Below, piece by piece: positions 18,896 through 29,519 of a stretch of DNA of 64,000 bases. This stretch comes from Candidatus Brocadiia bacterium (GTDB lineage: Bacteria; Planctomycetota; Brocadiia; SM23-32): assembly GCA_046538485.1 (NCBI GenBank), contig JBKHIT010000002.1:32001-96000 (forward strand), written 5' to 3'. The notes under the pieces are model-generated. The model was given only the letters and a program-made list of their open reading frames with translations. It was not told the DNA's origin and ran no database searches. The position numbers and the translations under genes are program-made. Within the stretch, counting starts at the first letter, position 1; every line of letters starts with the position of its first letter.

Positions 18896-19905
18896 GGCCT
18901 CCCGGGTCTGCTTTTCCCCTGCTTTTTCACGCCTTTGAGCGGTGTTGGACGAGACGAGCTTCTCAGTGGTACCAGTAGAGCTTGGCGGAGCTTTTTGATC
19001 TCGGAACTGGCCCATTTGGCGACAGTCAAATTGTTGAAGTCTTCAGCTAATATCTGGAGATAAGGCAAAGCGGCGCGGGGCCTATTGGCCGAGCGCATAT
19101 AGTACTCGGCTATCTCGCGGTAATGTTTCGCTTTCGCTTTTCGGACTTCGGTGAGCTTTTTTTTGGCTTCAGGAGCATATTCATGGTCCGGGTAATTCGC
19201 GAGAAAGTCTTTGTAATGTCGCGAAGCACGATCCAGATATTCCGAGCCCCTGCCTATCCGGCGAGCCAGTGTTTGCTCGCATTCACCCAACCGATACCAG
19301 GCGTACGGTACCCACGAGCTGTCGGGATAATAATCTATCAGTGTCAGGTAGGCGTCCGAAGCCTTCATTGGTCGCCCTGCCCGAAGCATGGCATCTGCTT
19401 TCTCTTTCTGACATTGCGCGGCCAATTCGTCACTTTCAGCTTCGGAAATGAGCCTGTCATAAAAGTTAATTGCCGTATTCAAACTCTTTTCAGCTCGATG
19501 TCCGGCGCTTGCAATTTGCATCTGTCTTGCCGCTTCTATCAATTCACTTTTCGGGTGCCGGGCAACAAAGGTCTCCAGAGCTCTGTACGCTTTTTTGTGT
19601 TTTCCCCGCACGTAATAGCCCATCCCGATCAAATAGCGGGCCTTTCCGCTCCACCCGGCCTCAGGGTGTTTTCTTAACAGCTTTTTCAGTTGTCGAATCC
19701 CGCTTTTCGCCTGACCGGCCGTAATCAGGGCAGCAGCATGACGGAACCTGTCTTCGGGTGTGTCCGCAGATTCGTCATCAAGGTCTACTTCTCCCGCTAC
19801 CGGATTCCAGACTTTAACGGCAAGTGCTCGACGAGCGGAACTGCATAAAAGACACAAGGCCAGTGTCGCGAAAAAGAAAACAATTCTGTTTCGTTCGGGT
19901 TTCAT
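18892..19905 (-). CDS. bamD: TPR protein, outer-membrane assembly factor BamD-like
   Basis: Signal peptide and repeated TPR motifs (LIDYYPDSSWVPYAWYRLG, FLANYPDHEYAPEAKKKL, EIAEYY). Adjacent to lptE. Confidence 0.7.
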   Translation of the reverse strand: MKPERNRIVFFFATLALCLLCSSARRALAVKVWNPVAGEVDLDDESADTPEDRFRHAAALITAGQAKSGIRQLKKLLRKHPEAGWSGKARYLIGMGYYVRGKHKKAYRALETFVARHPKSELIEAARQMQIASAGHRAEKSLNTAINFYDRLISEAESDELAAQCQKEKADAMLRAGRPMKASDAYLTLIDYYPDSSWVPYAWYRLGECEQTLARRIGRGSEYLDRASRHYKDFLANYPDHEYAPEAKKKLTEVRKAKAKHYREIAEYYMRSANRPRAALPYLQILAEDFNNLTVAKWASSEIKKLRQALLVPLRSSSRPTPLKGVKKQGKSRPGRP

Positions 19906-20302
19906 TGGGTTTTCCCTGGTTCCGCACGTATGCATTGCAGATCGATCTAGCAGTAAGAAGTATTTTATCATAACTGCAAAGCCGATTCACAGTATGAGGA
20001 ATCTGCACTATTGGCCTTTTCAGGCTCTGGAAATGGTAAATTGGCTTAGCGTTGCCCTCGCTTCTCGAAGGCTGCCAGCCGCAAATCCCTTAGTTCTTCT
20101 GCGGAAAGAATTTTTCAGTTCTGCAGCGGGTGGTTAGAGGCTCAAAATCCCCATCCCCATATGCACTTCCCCTGCAAAAAACCAGTTGGTCTCAAAATGG
20201 AAGCAGGTTAGGCTTTGTCTGAGAATCCGGTCGTCGGGCCGAGTGCGAGCGCATTTGTAGCTGGCTTTGTCCGCCTGCATCGCTTGTCTCCACTGGATCG
20301 GC

Positions 20303-20400
20303 CTGCTTCGGCGCGCCTTACGTCGGCCTCGCAATGACCAGAAACACGTTTAGAACCTCAATTGCGAGGAGCCCGTTGTTTGGGCGACCCGGCAATCTCT
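20303..20400. repeat. Inverted pair of small palindromic (REP/RPE-like) elements of the GTCATTGCGAG...GCAATC type
   Basis: CTGCTTCG...CCTCGCAATGAC (20303-20338) faces ATTGCGAGGAGC...GGCAATCTCT (20361-20400). CCTCGCAAT and ATTGCGAGG are exact reverse complements. Confidence 0.6.
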
Positions 20401-20512
20401 CCGTTCTTCCACAAAAAATAAAGTGTCATGGGCCACCAGTCCGAACGGTTGGTAAAGGAAAACTACAAGGAATTTTGAGAATGGTTGTGACGATTGCAAA
20501 AACTCGCAAACG

Positions 20513-22813
20513 TTATTGAGTGTCCCCGAATGAATCTCTTAATGACTCTGCCAGATTCGCCGCGATTGCTTCGGGGACCCCGGAAGTTTTACCCTCCGGC
20601 CAGGCGATTTTTGTTTCGTAGGTTTTTCTGTCGGTTTCTCGCGCTGCAACCAGGCGCAGATTGAAGTTTTTCAAATCCCTGTCTCCTCGGATGATAGCCA
20701 GAACGGGAGAACAGGACGGTTCCCCGGGGCGCGTGAGTAGTTTGGTTTGCGCTTCGGATTGTTCCACACGGATGTCAAGCTTTTTGTATCCCGGCCAGGT
20801 GAGGTTTTTCAGTAGATAAAAAACCGCACCGTCAGCGGGAAGCCCGGATTGCAAAGCGAGGGCGGCCCCGCCGGTGGAGGCGCAGATCTTACCGTAGCTT
20901 GGTAGCACATGGTGTGCGCCAATTTGTAATAGGTAAGTGCGGATATTGTTGGTCGAATTTTTTTGGACCAGTGGTTCCTGCGGCGGACGATGGTCTGTTA
21001 CCACAATTGCCAGAGCGCGCCGATCGTGTTCCATCCCGCGAATCCAACCCGGAAGATCACCGGTCGGTGGTCCGACGCCACTGCCGACTTGCCAGAGCCC
21101 CGCCAGCATTTTTTCATTGACAATATGGCGCGGTCCCCTCATTGTTGGGTCAAGAATTTTTACTTTGCCATCGTAGGCGGCTACCAGCAGCCGCGCGTTT
21201 CGGTCAAGTCGAGCGGTTATCTCCTCGCAGATTTCGTGAGGGTAACCAGTTCCTCCGAATTTATAGTCGCCACTCGCGTTCAGCCCGAGCAAAAACCTGG
21301 AACTGCGGCGAATCGTTTCGTCAGCGTCCATGTCGAGATGTACCGCTACAAGGGCCATCCGGCTGGAACTGCCGGATGGCGTCAGAAAAATTGTGTTGTG
21401 AGACGGTTGCTTTTTGAGTTGGGCCCGATACACAAGCGGAACAGCCGCCTTCAAAGTTTCGTACTCGCGATTTTCAGCCTTTTTGAGCGATAAGTTTCCA
21501 GTTCTTGTGAGTTCGGAAAGTGATCTTAAATTTTCGCCCGGCGCTCTGAGTTTAACGGAGACATTTGAGACAGAAGAACCCCAGGCACCGGGCACGATTG
21601 CAAAAAAGAGTTCTTCACCACATGTTGCCATAGCTGCGATAGCTCCGATTCCCACGACCTGTTTCTCGCCGGGTTCGAGCCTGACGCTCCCGGGGCTGGT
21701 CGCAGCAATTGGTTGGGGCCAGAAGAGGTTTCGAACAGGAAGTTGTCCATCCCATACTTTATCTCCAATATTTTCCAGTCTGGCTTGAGCTGAAATCAGC
21801 AGGAGAGGCCCCCGGATATTGGCATTCAATTTAATTTCGCGTATACAAATGTGCTGCGGGATAGCCTGCGCAGAAGGGCCGGCTGGGAGGAGAGGGATAG
21901 CGTTTTGTGAGATATTTTTCTTCCCGGGCGCTTGAAGGCGCCGGGTCCAGAGCCCGGCGAGTCGTGCGTTGGATGGACGCACTTGCTGGAGGATTCGTTT
22001 CCCGAGCGCCATACCTTGCTGGCCGCCTTCCAGTTCGACTTTTTGATCATTTTGGCCTCTGATCTGGGCTTTTCCGCGCAGACAGGTTGCCCTGAGTCTG
22101 ATATGGGAGACTCTTACTGTGACGGCCCCGCGCGGACAAAAGACGCTCCGGTTCTCGGAGTTGATTTCGAGCGGTTCTTTGTGGGCTTCATCCGGGACCG
22201 CCAGTATCCGTCCCCCTGCGATCTCGACTTTATTCAATTCCGGCAACAGCACAACACTATTACTATCCAGTATCCAGTGTCCGCTGTTAGTCTGAATTTT
22301 TGCCATTCCGTTTTGTGAAGTGCGGAGAATGGTATCAGATGTGAGTTCTAAGGCCGGGGGGGCCGGAGTCCATTGTCCTTGCCCTCCAAAGCGGACATAT
22401 AAATCACCGGTTTGTTCAACGATTGTGCCTGTGATGACGGGTGGTTCGGAATAGCGACCGACTACAGAAACGATAACCATGAAAAATGCAGCGACAGCGA
22501 GCAGGAAAGCCAGCACCCAGACCACCTGTTTCCGGGCTCCCCTAACCGGGTCGGGATTCGCAGGTGGTTCTTCAGAATCATTCGTTTGCCCTGCAAGTTC
22601 ATCGAGAGCCTGCCCACACGCTTTCTTTACTTCCTCAGGCAACTGCGGAGTGGATAGATTTTCCAGACCTTCCCGGACAAGCCTGTATCGCCCCAGAATC
22701 TGTGCACAGTTCGGGCATTCTTCAAAGTGCCGCTCAAGGGCGCTCTTCTCCTCATCCCGCAGGTGGTCTTCCAGAAAGGGAGGTATCAGTTGTCTGGCCC
22801 GTTTACATTTCAT
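20513..22813 (-). CDS. Anti-sigma factor: zf-HC2/ZAS, TM, FecR-like domain, degenerate VIT/vWA
   Basis: MKC...HFEECPNC (HxxxCxxC), single TM, FecR-like DTILRT...ILDSNS, then vWA-like LGLNASG / IVVTD / LLQIG / CASTGG. Confidence 0.75.
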   Translation of the reverse strand: MKCKRARQLIPPFLEDHLRDEEKSALERHFEECPNCAQILGRYRLVREGLENLSTPQLPEEVKKACGQALDELAGQTNDSEEPPANPDPVRGARKQVVWVLAFLLAVAAFFMVIVSVVGRYSEPPVITGTIVEQTGDLYVRFGGQGQWTPAPPALELTSDTILRTSQNGMAKIQTNSGHWILDSNSVVLLPELNKVEIAGGRILAVPDEAHKEPLEINSENRSVFCPRGAVTVRVSHIRLRATCLRGKAQIRGQNDQKVELEGGQQGMALGKRILQQVRPSNARLAGLWTRRLQAPGKKNISQNAIPLLPAGPSAQAIPQHICIREIKLNANIRGPLLLISAQARLENIGDKVWDGQLPVRNLFWPQPIAATSPGSVRLEPGEKQVVGIGAIAAMATCGEELFFAIVPGAWGSSVSNVSVKLRAPGENLRSLSELTRTGNLSLKKAENREYETLKAAVPLVYRAQLKKQPSHNTIFLTPSGSSSRMALVAVHLDMDADETIRRSSRFLLGLNASGDYKFGGTGYPHEICEEITARLDRNARLLVAAYDGKVKILDPTMRGPRHIVNEKMLAGLWQVGSGVGPPTGDLPGWIRGMEHDRRALAIVVTDHRPPQEPLVQKNSTNNIRTYLLQIGAHHVLPSYGKICASTGGAALALQSGLPADGAVFYLLKNLTWPGYKKLDIRVEQSEAQTKLLTRPGEPSCSPVLAIIRGDRDLKNFNLRLVAARETDRKTYETKIAWPEGKTSGVPEAIAANLAESLRDSFGDTQ

Positions 22814-22817
22814 GGAA

Positions 22818-23351
22818 TTATTCCTCTTCAAATAAACCGCTTTTGGCCAGACGTTGATACGCTTTGGAGATGAGATCTCTTGTTTTCTTCTCGGGGAAAC
22901 GGCATGCCCGTGCCGTTTCTGAGAGATTGAGACCGCCGATCGTCATCAGCAAGAAAGGCTGACGGAGGGAACGTTGCATATCAATTAGCGCCCGTCTGAT
23001 TTTTTCGTCTCTGTTGGAAGGCTCTTTTTGTCGTAATTCGTCCACAAAATCCATGATACCGTGTTGTTGGGGCACAAAAGCGGGGCATACGTTCTGCGTG
23101 GCGATTGCATAAAGCCAGCATCTTATTGATTTAAAACCGTCTGGTTGCTGCTGGTACTCTGCGGCCACACAGAATACCTGTCCAAGCGCTCGAGCAGCCG
23201 TTTCCATATCATCAAGGCTGAGCAAAAGGTAGCGGAAGAGCGCTTCTTCATGCCGATTCCGTAATTCATCCAGAGCCTCACCGGATCCGTCGACGTACTC
23301 CGACCATAGCTGCTCATCGGAAAGGTTTTGCATGCGGTTGGTTTCCTTCAT
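22818..23351 (-). CDS. Divergent ECF sigma factor
   Basis: Region 2 (SDEQL...ALDEL...WLYAIA) and region 4 HTH (GGLNLSETA) are recognisable. It lies directly upstream of the ZAS anti-sigma. Alternative start at 23333. Confidence 0.75.
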   Translation of the reverse strand: MKETNRMQNLSDEQLWSEYVDGSGEALDELRNRHEEALFRYLLLSLDDMETAARALGQVFCVAAEYQQQPDGFKSIRCWLYAIATQNVCPAFVPQQHGIMDFVDELRQKEPSNRDEKIRRALIDMQRSLRQPFLLMTIGGLNLSETARACRFPEKKTRDLISKAYQRLAKSGLFEEE

Positions 23352-23581
23352 AATAATCGTCCAGAATTGTTATTTTCCTTTACAAAGTGGAGCATTGTCA
23401 AACTTACGACTGCGAGGTGGAAGAGTTTGACGGTTACCAGGGTCACGGATATGCTGGCAGGTGCGTGATATGATGGATGCATAGGAGCTGAAGCGGATGG
23501 GATTTTTGTTGGTCAGTATTGGACTCAAGCTTTGCTACGTGCAAAAGTGGAGTTTTTGAGAAAACCGAAGGTGCAAAGTAA

Positions 23582-25534
23582 ATGAAAGACAATGCCATTC
23601 GCTCCGACCGTTCCGATGGGCGGTTTCAAACGCTCGGTGGACTCGTACATCATCGCTACAAACAGCTTCAGCCGAAAATGCAGTTTGATCCGGGCCTGAC
23701 CGGTGATGAGTTTGCTGACTGGAAACGTCAGGTCCGTCGTCGTCTGCGGCAATTGCTGGCCATGCCGAACCCCGTCGGGCAACAACCCGAACCGAAAATG
23801 ATCGATGAACAACCGCGGGATGGGTACCGACTCCAGAAGTGGGAACTTTACCCGGAAGAAGACAGCGTGGTGCCGATGTTGATGATGGTTCCAGACGATG
23901 TGACCGAAACGGAACCGGCGGCTGCCGTTCTTTGTCTGCCGGGTAGCAATCATCCCCTGGAACGACTCGCCGGGGAACCAGAACCCGAGGGCAGTCCGGA
24001 AAACCGTTTCCCCGAGCATAATTGCATGGGATTCCATTTCGTGAAAGAGGGCCTGATAGCGCTCTGTATGGAGAATCCGGGGACAGGTAGTATGGCCGAA
24101 CCTGATGTTGCTGACTGGCGGCGCCAGGCCTGGGATTTGGTCTGGCTCGGGAGGAACTACGAGGGCGTTTCTGTTGCCCATAAAGTGTCTGCCTACCGGT
24201 GGTTGCGAGAGCACCCGGTTGTTGATCCAGAGCGTATCGCGGCCTGCGGATTTTCTCTTGGCGGCAAGCCGGCATTGCTGCTGGGCGTGCTTGAGCCTAC
24301 CGTTCGTGCCGTCGTGTGGAACTCCCTGGCATACGACCATCGCGTGCAGGCGATCAAAACCAACCTCGGGCGGATTGCGCCATGGCAGTACGTTCCGGGT
24401 TTCCTGCAGTGGTTCGATTATCTTGACATCATGGCGGCGCTCGCGCCCACGCCTCTGTGTCTACCGGAAAGTGGACGGACGGAGGAGCTGCAAAAAGTGC
24501 GCGATGCCTTTGCCCTCAACGGGGCGGACGAAAATCTTGAAATCTCGTATGTGCCGAGTTACCGCGCCCCGGCCCATCGAAAACTTGATAACGAACCGAT
24601 TCCCGAGGGGCTTACAAAAGAAGAATACCGGGCCTATATGAACACGACTGTCGACGAACACCGTTTCCAGTACGACGAGGTTGTTCCCTGGGTCGTACAG
24701 CAACTGGCTGGCACGGGAACAGATGAAACGCGAGCAGCGGAAAAGGCAAAAGTTGAGTCAGACGGGACATCGGACGCAACTCCGGCAACACGTGACACGC
24801 TGACAGCGGACATGCATGCACTCGGAATTGAGGAGGGAGATACGCTTTTTATCCATGCTTCTTACAAATCGTTGGGGGCGGTCGAAGGTGGTGCCGGGAC
24901 TGTCGTCGCGGCTTTCGAGGATGCACTCGGACCAGACGGTTTGATTATGATGCCGAGTTTCAATCTTGGTGAAGGGGACAAGGAAGACCGGGCAGCCCGC
25001 TGGGATCATGCTACCACCCCGTCAACTGTCGGTTGGCTGACGGAGTTTTTCCGGCGAATGGACGGCACAGTTCGTTCCGACCACTATTCGCATAGTGTGG
25101 CTGCTCGGGGTCGGGACGCTCATTGGATCGTCAGTGCCCACAGGGAGAATACCGGCCTATTTTCTCCGTGGGACCGGGAACCGTGGGGTAAAACGTATGG
25201 CGATCAGTCTCCTATGCTGCGAGCGTATCGCCGGGAAAACAGCAAGCTACTTATGCTCGGAGTAGGCTACGATTCCTCAACGTATCAACATGTTGTGGAA
25301 GTGGTGGACTGGCATTTGCGCCGGAAGGAAGATCCGAAAGCTCCTTTTTTTACGTATAAACCGCGAGAGAAATTGGGCCAATTTTGGGAAGAACAGGGAC
25401 GATTCAGACGCGGTAAAATCGGCCAGGCCAATTGCCGACTTTTCAGTATTCGCGATTATGTTGATACTCTTCTGGCGGAGGTCCAGCACGATCCCGCGAA
25501 ATATTGTCCCTGGCACCCGGATAACAAGAAGTAG
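23582..25534 (+). CDS. Fusion of an alpha/beta hydrolase and an AAC(3)/YokD-family (Antibiotic_NAT) acetyltransferase
   Basis: N-terminal half has the nucleophile elbow IAACGFSLGG. C-terminal half has LGIEEGDTLFIHASYKSLG, MPSF, RSDHYSHSVAARG, LLMLGVGYDSSTYQHVVE. Confidence 0.85.
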   Translation: MKDNAIRSDRSDGRFQTLGGLVHHRYKQLQPKMQFDPGLTGDEFADWKRQVRRRLRQLLAMPNPVGQQPEPKMIDEQPRDGYRLQKWELYPEEDSVVPMLMMVPDDVTETEPAAAVLCLPGSNHPLERLAGEPEPEGSPENRFPEHNCMGFHFVKEGLIALCMENPGTGSMAEPDVADWRRQAWDLVWLGRNYEGVSVAHKVSAYRWLREHPVVDPERIAACGFSLGGKPALLLGVLEPTVRAVVWNSLAYDHRVQAIKTNLGRIAPWQYVPGFLQWFDYLDIMAALAPTPLCLPESGRTEELQKVRDAFALNGADENLEISYVPSYRAPAHRKLDNEPIPEGLTKEEYRAYMNTTVDEHRFQYDEVVPWVVQQLAGTGTDETRAAEKAKVESDGTSDATPATRDTLTADMHALGIEEGDTLFIHASYKSLGAVEGGAGTVVAAFEDALGPDGLIMMPSFNLGEGDKEDRAARWDHATTPSTVGWLTEFFRRMDGTVRSDHYSHSVAARGRDAHWIVSAHRENTGLFSPWDREPWGKTYGDQSPMLRAYRRENSKLLMLGVGYDSSTYQHVVEVVDWHLRRKEDPKAPFFTYKPREKLGQFWEEQGRFRRGKIGQANCRLFSIRDYVDTLLAEVQHDPAKYCPWHPDNKK

Positions 25535-25544
25535 AGTGGATCAC

Positions 25545-26018
25545 ATGGCCAAACATTGCCCAGAATGCCATATTCTGGCGAAGGGTACGGACAGCTTCTG
25601 CCCCAAATGCGGTAATGCTCTTGAACCGGGTGCCCCCTCAGGTGACGAGTCGGGCAAGGCAGAAAAACCTCTCTGGCTGTTGGATACCATGTTAACTTTC
25701 TTCCCCGGATTCGCCTACAAATCAGTCATCATTGCGTTCATTGTATTGACGGTACTGGCGCTGGCCGCATGGGGCTTGACGTTGCATGTTTTCACGATTG
25801 AGATTCCGGAGGGGGGCTCGGAACTGACCGGCAGTCTTTTTTGCCTGGGGATGTTGTTTTATTTGCTTGCTTTGATCTGGCTGATGTGCGGTGAGATCTG
25901 CCTTCCGCTGGAAGCTTTCGTCGATTTAACCGGCGTCCAGTGGATGATCATGCTGGTAATGGTTTCGCTGCCGACGGCCGCGCTTTTCATTGCCGGAAAA
26001 TTGCTGACAGTCAGTTGA
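25545..26018 (+). CDS. Zinc-ribbon membrane protein
   Basis: MAKHCPEC...FCPKCG followed by about 3 TM helices. Start 25545 avoids overlap with the upstream gene. Confidence 0.7.
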   Translation: MAKHCPECHILAKGTDSFCPKCGNALEPGAPSGDESGKAEKPLWLLDTMLTFFPGFAYKSVIIAFIVLTVLALAAWGLTLHVFTIEIPEGGSELTGSLFCLGMLFYLLALIWLMCGEICLPLEAFVDLTGVQWMIMLVMVSLPTAALFIAGKLLTVS

Positions 26019-26033
26019 ATGGTTCTCAGTGAG

Positions 26034-26279
26034 TCATCGTCGCCCGAAAAGGAAGAACCAGACAACCAGTCCGATGAGCGTGGTTATCACGCCGAAAACG
26101 AGCATTTTCAGGAAACTCTGGCCGAGTAACTCAGTGAATCCTATTCGGGGTCCCCTTAATTTGTGAGGGATGAATTGAGTCACCGCTGAATACGGGTTTA
26201 GCCTGATGGTCACAGGAATGATTCGGAAGCATATCCCGCCTTGTAAGCGCTTGAAAATATAGCGGCCGCGCTCCGACAT
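26034..26279 (-). CDS. Possible small membrane protein or gene remnant
   Basis: 81 aa with a C-terminal TM ending FGRR; fills an otherwise empty gap. Confidence 0.3.
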   Translation of the reverse strand: MSERGRYIFKRLQGGICFRIIPVTIRLNPYSAVTQFIPHKLRGPRIGFTELLGQSFLKMLVFGVITTLIGLVVWFFLFGRR

Positions 26280-26384
26280 ATTGTCAGCTTCGGACCGTGT
26301 ACACAGGAGATCAAATGCCTGCGGCTGAGCTCAGTTCATCAACACTCTATGATGAAGGATCTGAGTTTTGTTGAAGGCGTCGTT

Positions 26385-27035
26385 TTATTCGTCTTCTTCC
26401 GGCGATGTAGCGGCCCAGACTGTGCCGCGGACGAGCAGTTTCTTGAACATTTCATGCTGGCACGCTTTGCCGTCGTGCCCGAGCGCCAGCCAGTAGACCC
26501 TGCCTGCAGCCCAATCTTTAACCCATGCGACCGGCACGGTCCGGTCTTCCCAGAGCGCCTGGGCAAGGATATGGTTTCGTTCATCGTAACTCGTTACATA
26601 CATCTCGTCGGTGACGGTGAATTCGGGCGGTTCTTCCTCGAGCAATCCTTCTGTAATGGGATGTTCCGGATCGGTCACCATCACCTGGTATTCGCGGTAA
26701 CGAGGATGCGTCACGAAATGGCCTCCGACCATCGCGCGGTATTCGGGGCAGCCGCGAAACGAATCGGCCGCCGAATGAATTCCGACATAACCATTTCCAT
26801 TCGCGACCCATTCCAGAAGCCCGTTTTTCTGCGCGGTCGTGATCTCGCCCACGGTGTAGTAAAAAACGAGGACGTCGTACTGATCCAGGTCGGTTTCGAA
26901 AACGCTCAGATCGTTTTTGACATATGTGATGTTGAACTGACCGTCGGCGTCGAGTGTTTTGCGGATTTCAGCGCCGCAGGATTTCCAGTCGTGGATTTCT
27001 CCACCTGCAACAAGGAGTGTTTCGATAGGGGACAT
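26385..27035 (-). CDS. ThuA-like (trehalose-utilisation domain) protein
   Basis: HDW, YDVLVFY, GNGYVGIHSA, GGHFVTHP, HPITEGL, DEMY, GRVYWLALGHD. Confidence 0.9.
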   Translation of the reverse strand: MSPIETLLVAGGEIHDWKSCGAEIRKTLDADGQFNITYVKNDLSVFETDLDQYDVLVFYYTVGEITTAQKNGLLEWVANGNGYVGIHSAADSFRGCPEYRAMVGGHFVTHPRYREYQVMVTDPEHPITEGLLEEEPPEFTVTDEMYVTSYDERNHILAQALWEDRTVPVAWVKDWAAGRVYWLALGHDGKACQHEMFKKLLVRGTVWAATSPEEDE

Positions 27036-27088
27036 ACCGGACTCCATTCCTGAAAAAAGGAAGTAAAGGTATTATGCGTTGTGAGAAA

Positions 27089-28420
<1,332 letters not shown>

Positions 28421-28456
28421 TTATTCAAGGCAAAATAGGCGCCGTTCGAGGGCGAA

Positions 28457-28485
28457 GGTCTATCAAAAGGACCCCAAAAAGTCAA
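28457..28485 (-). promoter_or_regulatory. Candidate eno promoter (TTGACT-N17-TAGACC, TGn)
   Basis: Read from the minus strand about 50 nt upstream of the ATG. Confidence 0.45.
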
Positions 28486-28864
28486 ATGATGTCCGCCCAT
28501 TTGATGATTTGCCGCCGTACAGCTTGCAGAGCTTCCGCCCGTTTACAGACCCTCAGGCGGTTTTGCATAAATCTCCTGAGGTTTAGCAGAGAAGAGCAGC
28601 AGCGGCGTTTTTGTTGGTAGCGGCATTACTTCGCACGAAAACCAAAGTTGGATAGAGTCCAACTGTGGTTTGTATGGCTCAGGAATAGAAACGCTATTCT
28701 AAAGGCGAAAACGTTTGCGCACTTTTGCCGGATTGCATAACAGTGATTTTGAAGACCGTAACCCGTATAATGGCGGGCCGGGGAGAATTTCCGGCAATCA
28801 CTTTTCAGAGACCTGAGATGTGTGGCACAAAGAGTGGTTCGAGGAGTTTGGGGGCGTTGATCAT

Positions 28865-28886
28865 TTGACACCGGGTTTGTTAGAAT
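28865..28886 (+). promoter_or_regulatory. Candidate trpF promoter (extended -10 TGnTAGAAT; a TTGACA at non-canonical spacing)
   Basis: TGTTAGAAT at 28878-28886 ends 9 nt before ATG 28896; no SD visible. Confidence 0.4.
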
Positions 28887-28895
28887 TAAGTCATT

Positions 28896-29519
28896 ATGAT
28901 GGTAAAAGTAAAAATCTGCGGGCTGACTAATGTGCGGGATGCGCGTTACGCGGTACGTAGAGGCGCCGACGCATTGGGTTTTAATTTTGTTCCCAGCAGT
29001 TCCCGTTTTGTCGAGCCATCGCGCGCGCAGGCGATCATATGCGAGTTGCCTCCCCTTGTTTCAAAAGTGGGAATATTTGTGGACGAAGATCCGGAGCGGA
29101 TGAAAGAGATTGCGGAGAGCTGCGGACTGGATTACCTGCAATTGCACGGTCGAGAAAGCCCACGGGTTTGCAATAAACTGCGTGATTATAACGTGATCAA
29201 AGCACTCCGAATCCGCGATGAAGATGACGTTAAGAAGGCCGAACTTTATCGTGTAAGTGCATATTTGCTTGATGCCTACGTGGTAGGTCAGGAGGGTGGC
29301 ACGGGGGAGACGTTCAACTGGGAACTTGCGCGCGCTGCGGCGCGGGGCGGCTACGTTATTTTAGCCGGGGGGCTCACGCCGCAAAATGTGCGAGCGGCCA
29401 TCGAAGTGGCCCGACCATACGCTGTTGATGTGGCGAGTGGTGTGGAAGATGAATCCGGTGAAAAGTCGAAAGAATTGGTCGAAGCTTTCATTCGAAGGGC
29501 GAAAAGTATCGATGTTTGA
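28896..29519 (+). CDS. trpF: Phosphoribosylanthranilate isomerase
   Basis: VKICGLT, GADALGF, QLHG, LLDA...GGTGETFNW, LAGGLTPQNV, VDVASGVE. Confidence 0.97.
   Translation: MMVKVKICGLTNVRDARYAVRRGADALGFNFVPSSSRFVEPSRAQAIICELPPLVSKVGIFVDEDPERMKEIAESCGLDYLQLHGRESPRVCNKLRDYNVIKALRIRDEDDVKKAELYRVSAYLLDAYVVGQEGGTGETFNWELARAAARGGYVILAGGLTPQNVRAAIEVARPYAVDVASGVEDESGEKSKELVEAFIRRAKSIDV

Noticed and set aside
19980..20510. Possible tmRNA, RNase P or SRP RNA in the long gap upstream of bamD
   Set aside because: I found no tRNA-like ends (GGGG...CCACCA with a T-arm), no GAGGAAAGTCC and no SRP loop motif on either strand; only the small palindromic repeats are supported.
24780..25534. Acquired aminoglycoside-resistance cassette
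   Set aside because: The AAC(3)-family domain is fused to a hydrolase and there is no integron, IS or other resistance context; the substrate is unknown.
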